Assembly (NCBI GenBank): GCA_963722825.1
Contig: CAVROI010000003.1
Location: 983,764 to 1,047,763, forward strand
Direction of reading: 5' to 3'
Length of the DNA: 64,000 nt
Source: an uncultured Gemmatimonadales bacterium
Lineage (GTDB): Bacteria > Gemmatimonadota > Gemmatimonadetes > Gemmatimonadales > GWC2-71-9
The notes beneath the pieces were generated by a model. That model was not told the origin of the DNA and did no database searches. It saw only the letters and a program-made list of their open reading frames with translations. A program made the translations under genes and the position numbers. Position 1 is the first letter of the stretch; the number at the start of each line of letters is the position of its first letter. This document shows positions 37,961 to 48,454 of the stretch, in pieces.

Positions 37961-38150
37961 TCAGATAACCGCGATCGCGTCCATCTCGATCAGGTGATCG
38001 GGTCTGGCCGGCGCCGCCACTCTCACCGGCAAGCACTCACGATTGTAATTGACGACGAAGATCGTGAGCTTGGTCACGTGCTCAGGCCGGGCACCGGCCA
38101 CGGCGAGAGCACGGCCGAGGTTGGCAAACACCTGGTGGCCGGCAGCGTGT
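37961..38150 (-). pseudogene. RidA/YjgF-family fragment (C-terminal about 60 aa only)
   Basis: Own translation gives GHQVFANLGRALAVAGARPEHVTKLTIFVVNY...LIEMDAIAVI stop. No N-terminal half; begins right after the stop of 38154..38900. Confidence 0.4.
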
Positions 38151-38153
38151 TTC

Positions 38154-38900
38154 TCAGAAGTGGGTAATGGAGATCAGCTCGCTCGTGATTCTACCTTCCT
38201 TGGGCTGCACCTCTTCCACCACTCCAATGTCCGGGCAATAGAACTTGTGCTCCCGATCGCCGGGCACGAGGAGGGTCCATTCCATCGTATGGAGACAGTT
38301 ATCGAACGAGCCGTAGGGGACACTCACGGTGGCCTTGAAACTCAGGTCCTTGGCCCGGTCTTCCGCCACGTCGGGCGCGTCTTCCTGCACGTAGGAAACT
38401 CCCGGCTTGGGATGGGCCAGCATGATGATCCCCGGGTGGGCCCCGTTCACCCCCGCCTGCCAGGACCCCTCGGTGCTCACGACTTGGCCGTTCTCGAGCT
38501 CCTTGGAGTCCTCGCCGAAATACCAGACGTTCCCTTGCCGGTCCTGCGCCAGCCAGTCGAAGGTGTCCTCGGTCAGCTCGCCGTCGAGGAAGACCTTGTC
38601 GTGCAGCACCGTCACCGCGACGCCGAGAATCGTCTTGGAGTTGCGGGTGACGATGACGTCGTTCGTCTCCAGTCCATCCGGAGTATCGCCGCGATAGTGG
38701 AACGCCGTCCCCGGCGTCAGCGGCAGATACGGATTGTCGATATGGGCGACGAAGTTGGAGGCGTCGAACGGCGGCGTCTTGAACGTCACCGCCTCGACCG
38801 TAGGCGACTCCGCCGCGGGCCCCGAAGGCGCATCACACCCTTGAACGAGCAGTGCCAACATCGCGGCACACGAGCCGGCTGCTCCTGCGTAGCGTAGCAT
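38154..38900 (-). CDS. lipoprotein, unknown function
   Basis: Signal plus lipobox AMLALLVQGCDAP; 248 aa; no domain recognised. Confidence 0.65.
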   Translation of the reverse strand: MLRYAGAAGSCAAMLALLVQGCDAPSGPAAESPTVEAVTFKTPPFDASNFVAHIDNPYLPLTPGTAFHYRGDTPDGLETNDVIVTRNSKTILGVAVTVLHDKVFLDGELTEDTFDWLAQDRQGNVWYFGEDSKELENGQVVSTEGSWQAGVNGAHPGIIMLAHPKPGVSYVQEDAPDVAEDRAKDLSFKATVSVPYGSFDNCLHTMEWTLLVPGDREHKFYCPDIGVVEEVQPKEGRITSELISITHF

Positions 38901-38981
38901 ACTGCCTCCCCCGGACTATCAGAGAAAATTGACGACGGTAGCGGTCGTCAGGAGGAGCAGCCGAGCGGCGGGGTTTGTGAC

Positions 38982-39070
38982 AAGAGGACGGAAAGGACGC
39001 AGAGGGCGCAGAGGACGCAGGGGTGGGGGTGGACCTCTGCGTCGTCTGCGCCTTCTGCGGCCTCTCCGTC
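38982..39070. repeat. long hairpin built from inverted arrays of the 9-mer GAGGACGCA; terminator-like
   Basis: Left arm gaggacgga aaggacgca gagggcgca gaggacgca, loop about ggtgggggtgga, right arm tctgcgtcg tctgcgcct tctgcggcc tctccgtcc. About 30 of 35 positions pair. Starts right after the SPFH stop codon. Confidence 0.7.
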
Positions 39071-39979
39071 CTACTTAGTTGCCCCCGGCAACTGCAGCAT
39101 CGGCATCGCGCCGCCCGTCACCTGCGGCATCTGGCCGTTCCACCGCTTGCTCATCTCATACTGCACCAGCGTGGGCGTGATGCTTTCGCTCAGCAGGCGG
39201 TTGGCCTTCGACTGGGCCTCCGCCTCGGCCAGAATCGCCTTGGCGCGGCCGGCGGCCTTGATGGAGTCGCCCTGGGCCTGGAAGGTGTTCTTCTGCAGCT
39301 CGTTCTGCGACGTGAGCGCCTGCTGCTGCATGACGTTCTTCTGGTTGATCGCCTCGACCACCGACGGCGGCGCGCGCAGCTCGTTGATGGTGAACTGCTT
39401 CACGACGATCCCGTAGGGCGAGAGCCGCTGCTCCAGCAGCCGGCTGACCCGCGAGGTCGTCTCGAACTTCTTGGGGCCGATGATCGCCGCGATCTCCTCG
39501 TTGCCCACCACCTCCTGGAGCGACTGGCGGATCGCCTGCTTGACGTAACTGTGCTGGATCGTCGCGATGTCCGTGCGGAAGGTGGAGTAGAGGGCCGGCA
39601 CCTTGGTCGGGTCCAGCTCGAACGACATGGAGACGTCGAGCGAGAGTGGCTGGCCCTCGATGCTGTTCACGTTGATCTCGTCGTTGTTCTGCGACCCCTC
39701 GCTCGAGGTGCGGGTGAGCACCACCGTCTGCATGAAGGTGGGGTATTCCTCGATGCCGGTCGTGAGCGGATTGCGCATGTGGATCCCCGGGCCGAGCGGC
39801 GTCGGGTCCACCCCGCCGCCGACCCGGTGGATCACGATGCCGACATGACCCGGGTTGATGTAGGTCATGGCGGTGGGAATGAGGACGAGGAGCACCAGCA
39901 CGCCGAGGGCGATGCCCGCCAGCCGGACGACGCGGCGGAGCCCGTCGGTCGATCCCACCCGCTCGCTCACACTACTCAT
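39071..39979 (-). CDS. SPFH/band-7 (prohibitin/HflC-like) membrane protein
   Basis: N-terminal TM, PGHVGIVIHRVGGGV, long coiled-coil region (AILAEAEAQSKANRLLSES). Confidence 0.85.
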   Translation of the reverse strand: MSSVSERVGSTDGLRRVVRLAGIALGVLVLLVLIPTAMTYINPGHVGIVIHRVGGGVDPTPLGPGIHMRNPLTTGIEEYPTFMQTVVLTRTSSEGSQNNDEINVNSIEGQPLSLDVSMSFELDPTKVPALYSTFRTDIATIQHSYVKQAIRQSLQEVVGNEEIAAIIGPKKFETTSRVSRLLEQRLSPYGIVVKQFTINELRAPPSVVEAINQKNVMQQQALTSQNELQKNTFQAQGDSIKAAGRAKAILAEAEAQSKANRLLSESITPTLVQYEMSKRWNGQMPQVTGGAMPMLQLPGATK

Positions 39980-40238
39980 GTAATGCCTCCTTGTAGCATG
40001 CAGGACAGATGCGATTGCCGGACGGCAGACGCACCAGGTCCTCCTCCCGCTGCATCCCGTGGATGGGACACTCGAGATCCAGCTCGCGCTCGAGCGCGCG
40101 CCGGTTGCGATCCTGTCGCAGCCGCAGGCCGAGCGGCGTCAGGTAAAGCAGCGCAAAGAAAAGGAGGGCGGCCATCGTCGCGACCAGCGCGACGAACAGC
40201 ACACCCTCCAGGATGATCCCGATCATGTCCTCCACCAT
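39972..40238 (-). CDS. small membrane protein with C-terminal CPxH...CPxC zinc-ribbon-like motif
   Basis: ATG 40238 (MVEDMIGIILEGVLFVALVATMAALLFFALLY). CPIHG...CPACY. Overlaps the SPFH start by 8 nt. Confidence 0.55.
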   Translation of the reverse strand: MVEDMIGIILEGVLFVALVATMAALLFFALLYLTPLGLRLRQDRNRRALERELDLECPIHGMQREEDLVRLPSGNRICPACYKEALHE

Positions 40239-40462
40239 TGCCGGTGAAGCCTCACTGGGAACGCCGGGAATATAGCGGTTCCGGGACTGGGCCGCAGGAC
40301 GCCCGCACCACGCTCGGGCACGGTCGTTGCCACATACCGGCCGCCGGCTCCGTAAAGCGGCCGACCTGCCGGAGCCGCGGCGATCGTCACCTCCAGCCAA
40401 CTCCAAGTCATCTCGTCGCTTCGGGCGTATCTTCCCCCACCCGCAGCACGGAGGCGTTACCG

Positions 40463-41521
40463 ATGCGCACAACGCATTTCGCGAGGCGTACTCTCGCAAC
40501 GACAGGCCTGCTCGCCCTCGTACTCACCGCCTGCCACAAGGACCAGGGACCCAGCGAGTTCAATCCCGACGGCGTCTCGGCGGACATGGCGAGCGCGGCG
40601 GAGGCATTCGACTCGCCGGTGGCCGCGAGCTTCGACGCGACCGGCCAGGCCATCGCCGTGACGCTCGGACAAGCCGCGCCGATCGTGCTCTCGCCGGTCA
40701 GGCTGCTGCATCCGGCGGCGGCGGCAGAGTACGCCAAGGCGGTCACGCGGCTGTTGCCCACGGCGGGCGGCATCAGCGCCTCGGTCGCCGGCATTCCGGA
40801 CGAGGTCAAGGGCACGACCTTCGTGTGGGACGTGGACAACGACGTCTACGTGGCGTCGGACGCGTCGGGCGCGCCGGCCACCGGCGTGCGGTTCCTCCTG
40901 TATGCGGTCAACCCTGTCACTCGGCTTCCGGTCGAGCCGCTGGAAGAGTTGGGCTACGTGGACGTCATCGACGTGAGCACCAGCTCGACACTGGCGACGC
41001 GTGTTCTCGTGTACGCGGATGGTGTCACCTACTTCGATTACACCGTCCGCGGGTCGGGAACCAGCGCTTCCGGTACGCTCGGCGTCGAGGGGTTCGCGTC
41101 GAACGGCGTCACCCGGGTGAACTTCGATCTTCAGAACACCATCGCGCAGAGCGCCAGCGGCGTGGTGCTCACGCTCGATTACTCGCTCACGGTTCCGTCC
41201 CGCGGATTGGACCTGGAGTACACGGCGACCTTCGGCAACATCGCGCCGGAGCAGGTGGCGGTGACGCTCGACTTCTCGATCTCCGGCCGGAATGGTGACG
41301 TGCGGCTCTCGGGTGCCTACGGGGCGTCGGGCGGCTCGTTCTCGGTGCGGGTGAACGGAGACGTCTTCGCGACGGTCACGATCGGCGAGGGCGACCCGGT
41401 AATCACGAGTGCGACGGGCACGGCGCTGACTCCGCAGGAAGAGGCGTCGCTCCAGATGATTCTCGAGTTCTACGACGGGTCGCTCGGTGTGTTCGGCGAT
41501 CTCATGGCGCCGGTGAGCTGA
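40463..41521 (+). CDS. lipoprotein, unknown function
   Basis: ATG 40463. Signal plus lipobox GLLALVLTACHKD. 352 aa, beta-rich composition. Confidence 0.7.
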   Translation: MRTTHFARRTLATTGLLALVLTACHKDQGPSEFNPDGVSADMASAAEAFDSPVAASFDATGQAIAVTLGQAAPIVLSPVRLLHPAAAAEYAKAVTRLLPTAGGISASVAGIPDEVKGTTFVWDVDNDVYVASDASGAPATGVRFLLYAVNPVTRLPVEPLEELGYVDVIDVSTSSTLATRVLVYADGVTYFDYTVRGSGTSASGTLGVEGFASNGVTRVNFDLQNTIAQSASGVVLTLDYSLTVPSRGLDLEYTATFGNIAPEQVAVTLDFSISGRNGDVRLSGAYGASGGSFSVRVNGDVFATVTIGEGDPVITSATGTALTPQEEASLQMILEFYDGSLGVFGDLMAPVS

Positions 41522-41552
41522 ACGAGTCCTCGATTCTTGAACTGAAGTAAGG

Positions 41553-41590
41553 AAGCCCGGCCGAGGTGGCCGGGCTTTCGTGTTTCTGGT
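41553..41590 (+). terminator. rho-independent terminator
   Basis: aagcccggcc gaggt ggccgggctt followed by tcgtgtttc. Confidence 0.75.
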
Positions 41591-41772
41591 ATCTGATGGC
41601 GCGCTTGAAGAGAGTGAGGTGACCATTTTCTAAACGATATTGTCGCAAAACGGCCCCTGTTTGTCGCAAAAGAGGCCTAGTATGAGCTCCTGGTGGCGGC
41701 AGTATTGAACGTGCTGGAAGAGATCCTTTGCAGTAGCCCCCCTGGATCACACGTCACCATACGAGGCAAGAA

Positions 41773-42031
41773 ATGCGAGTTGGATGCGCCCGCGCGAGGA
41801 ACGCGTTGCTCCTGCTGTGCGCTACCGCGGCATGCAGTAACGACCCCCCGCTGGAGAACCGATTACCGATCGCGCCCCATCCCCTCGCCAGCGTCGTGTC
41901 GACGAGCGATACGCTCTTTCCGGAGGCGGATGCCCACGTCAAAGTCTCCACTTCGGGCCGCGGCGTAATGCTCGCCGATCCAGTTAACCGACCCGGTTTC
42001 GCTGTACAGAGAAGCGGGACCACCTCTGTCG
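41773..42031 (+). other. lipoprotein-signal-bearing 5' segment, possibly the frameshifted N-terminus of 42032..43162
   Basis: ALLLLCATAACSNDPP lipobox in ORF 41773..42288. After about residue 80 that ORF turns Arg/Leu/Ser-rich, while the adjacent frame opens at 41969. Confidence 0.35.
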
Positions 42032-43162
42032 ATGGATCCCACACTAACAGGCGAGCAGGTCAGAAACTACATCTTGAACGGCGCGCGTGTCTCGCGTCTC
42101 AATCCCTCAACAGGGGATTCCGTGGCGCCCCCGAACATCGGTATCTCGGGCATCTATCAGCTCGATGCCTACGGCGCTCTCTCACTTCTCTCGAAAGAGC
42201 GCCCTGGAACACCGATCTGTGGCTTTCAGGTCTACTTGGAACAGCCGGATTCGCTTGGAGGTTCGAACGTTGTCCTGACTCGAAATAGTAGCAACGCCGA
42301 AGTCATTGCGGTGACCTCCGATTCCGTGGGCTGGCTCGCAGCAGCCTCGGTTGCTCAAGGAGGGCGTCTGTTTGCCATCAACAAGGTCACGACGGACCCG
42401 CTGCTCGTCTCGGCCATCGAATACTCGCTGTCCGCAGGGGCGTGGAGTCCTCGTCCGCTCACCGGGATCTCGGTAAGGACCTACCTGGAGAAGGACACGG
42501 TGGATGGAGACATGATGAACGACTACGGTTGGACGCGCTGGAAGATCCGAGGCTCTCGATGGGGTCCTCAGGGGACCACCGTAAACTTCATTACGCGGCT
42601 ACTTGGCAGCCCCGCGTCCCCCAACAGTTTCGCGTGGTACGTCGAATTCGCTCCGGACGGTGGCCACGCGGTCGTTTCGACCTTCGAGTCCGACAATGAC
42701 GCTTGTTTTGATCAGACATGGCTGGTCCCGTTGCCGAGCGGGCCCTCTCAGAGCTTAGTGCCGTGCGCTGCTGACAGTCCGGAATCGATGGATGCCGTAT
42801 GGCAGAGGTCTGGGACCCGGTTCATCACGTCCATCGGTCAGACTCTTCAGGCTTGGACCATCGTTGGCGGCCAAGCTCAGGCCGAAGGGGCGCCTGTTTC
42901 CCTGACCGACCGGACCACCTACGAATTCCCTTTCCGTGCCGAGGGTCACACTACCGATCCTGAAGGCGTGACAGCGACTTGGTTGGAACTCGGGTCAGGC
43001 TGCATTCTCACGACACGACTGGCAAGCGGCAACTTCCCGATTGTATCCGAGAAGCAAGCCGTGACCCTCCTTGACAATTGGAATCGTTGGCAGCGCAATT
43101 GCCATGTCCCCGTTCAGAGTTTTCAAGCCTCTACACTTCTAAGATTGGGCGCCGGTAAGTGA
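42032..43162 (+). CDS. hypothetical protein (376 aa), lower-G+C gene
   Basis: Long ORF with non-repetitive, beta-rich composition. No domain recognised. Confidence 0.55.
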   Translation: MDPTLTGEQVRNYILNGARVSRLNPSTGDSVAPPNIGISGIYQLDAYGALSLLSKERPGTPICGFQVYLEQPDSLGGSNVVLTRNSSNAEVIAVTSDSVGWLAAASVAQGGRLFAINKVTTDPLLVSAIEYSLSAGAWSPRPLTGISVRTYLEKDTVDGDMMNDYGWTRWKIRGSRWGPQGTTVNFITRLLGSPASPNSFAWYVEFAPDGGHAVVSTFESDNDACFDQTWLVPLPSGPSQSLVPCAADSPESMDAVWQRSGTRFITSIGQTLQAWTIVGGQAQAEGAPVSLTDRTTYEFPFRAEGHTTDPEGVTATWLELGSGCILTTRLASGNFPIVSEKQAVTLLDNWNRWQRNCHVPVQSFQASTLLRLGAGK

Positions 43163-43383
43163 CGAGCAAACGCCCATTGGCTCGTTGGTGATGTGGAGAA
43201 GGATCGATGAATCGACTGGCCTCCTGGAGTCCTCCCCGCCTTGCGGCGGATCAGGACTCCCTACCCACTGGCTGGCTCCCGCTCACGGGATAGGGGACCG
43301 TTGGTCTACTCGGGCATCGGTCTTGCGGCCTACACTCATGCCGTAGGAAGGTCTTGACGCGACTAGAATAGGGGAGGTGTGTC

Positions 43384-43875
43384 GTGCAATTGCGTGCACT
43401 GGGGTATTTGACAGGCGTGCTTAGCTTCCTGGCGGCGCACTCTCCGGAGGGGTTAACGCTGTGTCCGGAGGGTCGTTCGTTGGACCAACAACTTGAAAAG
43501 GCTGATGCTGTCGTTATTGGGGTTGTGACTTCAGATCGCGATTGTCCGCGTTACGCGCCTGACACGACCAAGTCGCGTGTCGAGTTCGTTGACTGCATCG
43601 GCCGCCGCGCTTATCTCCAAATCCGCGGCAGCTGGAAGGGTCCAGCCAAAATAGGCGAAAGCCTCAGACTGACGATGCCGGCGCCCGATGATTCGGCTGG
43701 ACTCAGCATGCGCAAGGGGGAGACACATGTGGTCTTTGCCCGGCTTTTCGGCACTGTGCAGGATGCCACTTGGCTAGCGAGGACCACCGCCTGCATGTTG
43801 CCTGAGGGCACGACCTCCTCCGACAGCTCATTAGTCGAGCAGCTAAACCGCTGGCAGAAGACGCAGAAGAGCTAG
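43384..43875 (+). CDS. hypothetical secreted protein (163 aa)
   Basis: GTG start with GGGGAGG upstream. Signal-like LGYLTGVLSFLAA. Confidence 0.5.
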   Translation: MQLRALGYLTGVLSFLAAHSPEGLTLCPEGRSLDQQLEKADAVVIGVVTSDRDCPRYAPDTTKSRVEFVDCIGRRAYLQIRGSWKGPAKIGESLRLTMPAPDDSAGLSMRKGETHVVFARLFGTVQDATWLARTTACMLPEGTTSSDSSLVEQLNRWQKTQKS

Positions 43876-43910
43876 AGTCTCGAAGCATCGGGTCGTTCGC
43901 CAGGGAAAGA

Positions 43911-43945
43911 CGAAGCCCGGCCGAGTTGGCCGGGCTTTCCCATTC
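43911..43945. terminator. bidirectional terminator hairpin, near-identical to 41553..41590
   Basis: gaagcccggcc gagtt ggccgggcttt, lying between convergent genes. Confidence 0.7.
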
Positions 43946-43963
43946 TGGCACCGACGTCGGCGC

Positions 43964-44980
<1,017 letters not shown>

Positions 44981-45092
44981 CGGGACCCAAGTTACAGGAG
45001 AATGAGGAAGATACGCTCGGGGCTTCCGGGAAGTTACTCAAGACCCATTCTACGAGCTTGCGAAATTTTTCACAAGCAGATAGGTTAGCCGC

Positions 45093-45320
45093 GTGACAAC
45101 CCCCGAGCCGGGCAACGGCAAGGGTCCGGGACCGATGCGGTACGCCGGTCTGGGCGTGCAGCTGGCCGTCAGCCTGGTGGTGTTCGTCTTCATCGGGAAC
45201 TGGGCCGACAAGAAGCTCGGCACCGGTGGGATCCTGACGGTCGTTGCCGCCTTCCTGGGGTTCGGAGGGACGATGTATTCCCTCATCCGAAGCCTCAACC
45301 GCAACGATCGCGACAAGTGA
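45093..45320 (+). CDS. AtpZ/ATPase_gene1-like small membrane protein
   Basis: 75 aa, two TM helices (GLGVQLAVSLVVFVFIGNWADKKLG). First gene of the atp cluster. Confidence 0.65.
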   Translation: MTTPEPGNGKGPGPMRYAGLGVQLAVSLVVFVFIGNWADKKLGTGGILTVVAAFLGFGGTMYSLIRSLNRNDRDK

Positions 45321-45685
45321 GCCTCGCCGGCCGCTACCTGGCCGGTGTGGCCGTGGTCGCCGCCGCGGCCCTGGGGGCAACGGCGACGGTGCCGGCCGAG
45401 ATCAGGACCGAGGTGGGTTGGGGATCGGCGGTGGGCCTCGTGCTCCAGGCGCCGCTCGGATGGTGGGCGCTCCGGGCCATCGGCACCGAGCAGTTTCTGC
45501 CGGTGTGGGGACTCGGGATGCTGGTGCGGCTCACCGTGGTCGGCATCGCCGGCCTGGTGGTGATTCCGGCGCTTCGCGCCCGCGCCGGCCCGATGCTCGG
45601 CTCGATGGTCGGGGTGCTGGTCGCGCTCCTTCTAATAGAAGGGGCCACGGCGCTCCGGGAACATTCGCGGGAAGACGATCGATGA
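45317..45685 (+). CDS. ATP synthase protein I-like membrane protein
   Basis: GTG start overlapping the previous stop (GTGA). Hydrophobic 122 aa. Stop overlaps the atpB start (ATGA). Confidence 0.5.
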   Translation: MSLAGRYLAGVAVVAAAALGATATVPAEIRTEVGWGSAVGLVLQAPLGWWALRAIGTEQFLPVWGLGMLVRLTVVGIAGLVVIPALRARAGPMLGSMVGVLVALLLIEGATALREHSREDDR

Positions 45686-46530
45686 CGGTTCAGACCGAGA
45701 TCGACATCGCGCATCACATCGGCAACTCGCATTCGATCGAGCTGCCCTTCCTGGGCGAGATCGCGCTGCCGCGCATTCCGCCCATCCACATCGGTGGATT
45801 CGCCCTCGACCTGTCGCCCACCAAGCACCTCGTGTTCATGGTGCTGGCCGCGGTCATCGTCGCCCTCGTGTTCCTCCTGAGCGCCAGGTCCATCGCGCGT
45901 GCGCAGGCCCAGGGCCGGCCGGCCAAGGGATTCGCCGGCGCGATGGAAGCGATGGCGCTCTACATCCGGCAGGAAGTGGTCCTCCCGAACGTCGGGCACC
46001 ACGGCGAGGGATACGCCCCCTACCTGCTCACGGTCTTCTTCTTCATCCTCACGATGAACCTGTTCGGCCTGCTGCCCTGGGGCGCCACCGCCACCGGCAA
46101 CATCGCCGTCACCGCTGCGCTGGCCCTCATGGCGTTCATCGTCGTCGAGATCACCGGCATGCGGACGCTGGGGCCCAAGGGGTACATGAGCACCATCTTC
46201 TATCTGCCGTCGGGCCTTCCCGGCGGGCCCGGGGGGGCCGTTCTCAAGGTCTTCCTGCTCGCGGTCCTGACGCCGATCGAGCTGATCGGCAAGCTGGCCA
46301 AGCCGTTCGCGCTGGCGGTGCGGCTCTTCGCGAACATGACCTCGGGCCACGTGCTGGTGCTCGCCCTGATAGGGCTCACCTTCGTGTTCAAGAGCTACTC
46401 CGTGGGCCTGGCCGCGTCGGCCCTGGCCACCGGGGTGATGGTGCTGGAGCTGTTCGTGGCGTTTCTGCAGGCGTTCGTGTTCACGCTCCTCACCGCGGTA
46501 TTCATCGGGCTGATGCGGGCGGAACACTAG
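45682..46530 (+). CDS. atpB: F0F1 ATP synthase subunit a
   Basis: ATG 45682 inside ORF 45244..46530. LRLFANMTSGHVL motif with the conserved Arg. Confidence 0.9.
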   Translation: MTVQTEIDIAHHIGNSHSIELPFLGEIALPRIPPIHIGGFALDLSPTKHLVFMVLAAVIVALVFLLSARSIARAQAQGRPAKGFAGAMEAMALYIRQEVVLPNVGHHGEGYAPYLLTVFFFILTMNLFGLLPWGATATGNIAVTAALALMAFIVVEITGMRTLGPKGYMSTIFYLPSGLPGGPGGAVLKVFLLAVLTPIELIGKLAKPFALAVRLFANMTSGHVLVLALIGLTFVFKSYSVGLAASALATGVMVLELFVAFLQAFVFTLLTAVFIGLMRAEH

Positions 46531-46531
46531 A

Positions 46532-46585
46532 GAGGACGCAGAGGACGTAGAGGACGCAGAGGACGCAGAAGACGTAGAAGGCGAG
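46532..46585. repeat. six tandem 9-mers (GAGGACGCA family) directly after the atpB stop
   Basis: gaggacgca gaggacgta gaggacgca gaggacgca gaagacgta gaaggcgag. Confidence 0.8.
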
Positions 46586-46780
46586 TGCTGAAGGTCCCCG
46601 GCTCCCCGCGCTCGAGCGGAGCCGGAAGGTAGTCCGCCGGATGGCGGACGATGCCCGCTGTCCCTGCGCCTTCAAGGCGCGAGGACGCCGGCGGGCCACC
46701 GCAGCGGGGCTGCTCCGGAAGAAGCGGCCGGCGCGCGGCGAGCGAACCGACACTCATCTTCCGCTCGACAACGGGAGTAG

Positions 46781-47059
<279 letters not shown>

Positions 47060-47240
47060 GTCGAGAGTTGAGAGTCGAGGGTCGGGAGTCGAGGGTCGAG
47101 AGTCCAGGGTCGAGAGTCGAGCGTCGAGGGTCGAGAGCCTTCGGACTCTCGACTCCAGACCCTAGACTCCAGACCCCAGACCTAGACTCCAGACCCTAGA
47201 CTCCAGACCCTAGACTCCAGACCCTGGACTCCAGACTCGC
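47060..47240. repeat. about 180-nt imperfect hairpin made of tandem GTCGAGAG-like units and their complement, between atpE and atpF
   Basis: Left arm 47060-47137 (gtcgagag ttgagagtcgagg gtcgggagtcgagg ...), loop ccttcgg, right arm 47145-47240 (actctcgactccagaccctagactccag ...). Pairing is periodic with mismatches and G-U pairs. Confidence 0.8.
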
Positions 47241-47252
47241 TTCGGAGCTCAC

Positions 47253-47786
47253 ATGCTGGCACTGACACTCGCCCCCCAGGAAGAACACACGTCCGGCCCC
47301 CTCACGGTCGAGGGCGGGCTCATGTTCTGGACGATTGTGGTCTTCCTGCTCCTGCTGGCCATCCTCAAGAGGTTCGCCTGGCCGGCGGTGCTCGGCGCCG
47401 TCGAGGCTCGGGAGAAGGCGCTGGAGGAGCAGCTCGCCGACGCGGCCCGGAATCGGGCCGAAGCGGCGGCGCTGCTCGCCGAGCACAAGAAGCTGGTGGG
47501 TGACGCGAGAGCACAGGCGAGCTCGATCCTGGCCGAGGCGCGGTCCGCCTCGGAGAAGGAGCGGAGCGTGACGATCGAGAAGACCAAACTGGAGCAGGTG
47601 GAGCTGCTGGAGCGGGCGCGGCGGGAGATCGGCTCCGAGCGGGACCGGGCGATCGCCGACCTGCGGCGGGAGGCGGTGGATCTCTCTCTCGCCGCCGCCT
47701 CCAAGCTCATCGGCGAGCGGCTCGGCTCGGACGCCGACCGGAAGCTGGTGACCGATTACCTCGCCACGCTGGATTCCAAGCATTGA
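47253..47786 (+). CDS. atpF: F0F1 ATP synthase subunit b
   Basis: N-terminal TM (FWTIVVFLLLLAILKRFAWP) plus a long charged helix. Confidence 0.85.
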   Translation: MLALTLAPQEEHTSGPLTVEGGLMFWTIVVFLLLLAILKRFAWPAVLGAVEAREKALEEQLADAARNRAEAAALLAEHKKLVGDARAQASSILAEARSASEKERSVTIEKTKLEQVELLERARREIGSERDRAIADLRREAVDLSLAAASKLIGERLGSDADRKLVTDYLATLDSKH

Positions 47787-48319
47787 GCGCGGCCACCGTC
47801 GCCAGGAATTACGCCGAGGTGCTGTTCGACCTGGGCGAGCAGAGCGGGCGAACCGAGGAGTTCGCCCAGCTCATGGATGCCGTGGCCGGCGCGATCGAGA
47901 CCTCGCCCGAGGTGCAGGCGGTGCTCATGTCGCCCCGCGTGCCCAAGCGGGAAAAGGCGCGCCTGATCGGCGCGGCCCTGCCCGAGGTGCCGCGGGAGTT
48001 CGTGCTTTTCCTGCAGGCGGTGGTAAAGCGCGGGCGGCAGCAGCTGCTCGGGACGATCGCCACGGAGTATCACGCGCTGGTGGACTTCAAGCAGAACCGG
48101 ATCCGGGCGGGCGTGACGCTCGCCCGGCCGGCCGACGCGCAGCTCCGGCGTGCGATCGAGGAATCGCTGAGCAAGCAGCTCGGCAAGCAGGTGCTCGCGA
48201 CCTTCTCCGAGGATCCCGATATTCTCGGCGGCGCGATCGTGCGGGTGGGCGAGCGGATCCACGACGGCTCCGTCCGCCGCCGGATGACCAAGCTCCGCAG
48301 GATTCTGCTGTCGCGCTGA
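47783..48319 (+). CDS. atpH: F0F1 ATP synthase subunit delta (OSCP)
   Basis: TTG start overlapping the atpF stop. ARNYAEVLFDLGEQ..., GGAIVRVGERIHDGSVR. Confidence 0.85.
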   Translation: MSAATVARNYAEVLFDLGEQSGRTEEFAQLMDAVAGAIETSPEVQAVLMSPRVPKREKARLIGAALPEVPREFVLFLQAVVKRGRQQLLGTIATEYHALVDFKQNRIRAGVTLARPADAQLRRAIEESLSKQLGKQVLATFSEDPDILGGAIVRVGERIHDGSVRRRMTKLRRILLSR

Positions 48320-48454
48320 CCTTTCGGGTCTCGACCCGCTGATCTGGCGCAGGAGCCACCGCTTGCTCCAGGGCGTCGCATCCTCCGGCGTCGTCTCGAG
48401 CGTGAGCCTCCCATCCGCGTTTGATCGTTCCTGTGCGCCCCAGATGGAGAATCC

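Noticed and set aside
41640-41670. Direct repeat TTGTCGCAAAA twice, 20 nt apart, upstream of the 41773 ORF, considered as an operator or promoter
   Set aside because: There are only two short copies, and no convincing -35/-10 geometry relative to TAGTAT at 41677. It is insufficient for a feature call.
41969-42100. DPTLTGEQVRNYILNGA resembling the C-terminal helix of subtilisin-type S8 peptidases
   Set aside because: That frame opens only 21 codons upstream (stop at 41966-41968) and no catalytic D/H/S motifs are present. The resemblance is too short to support a call.
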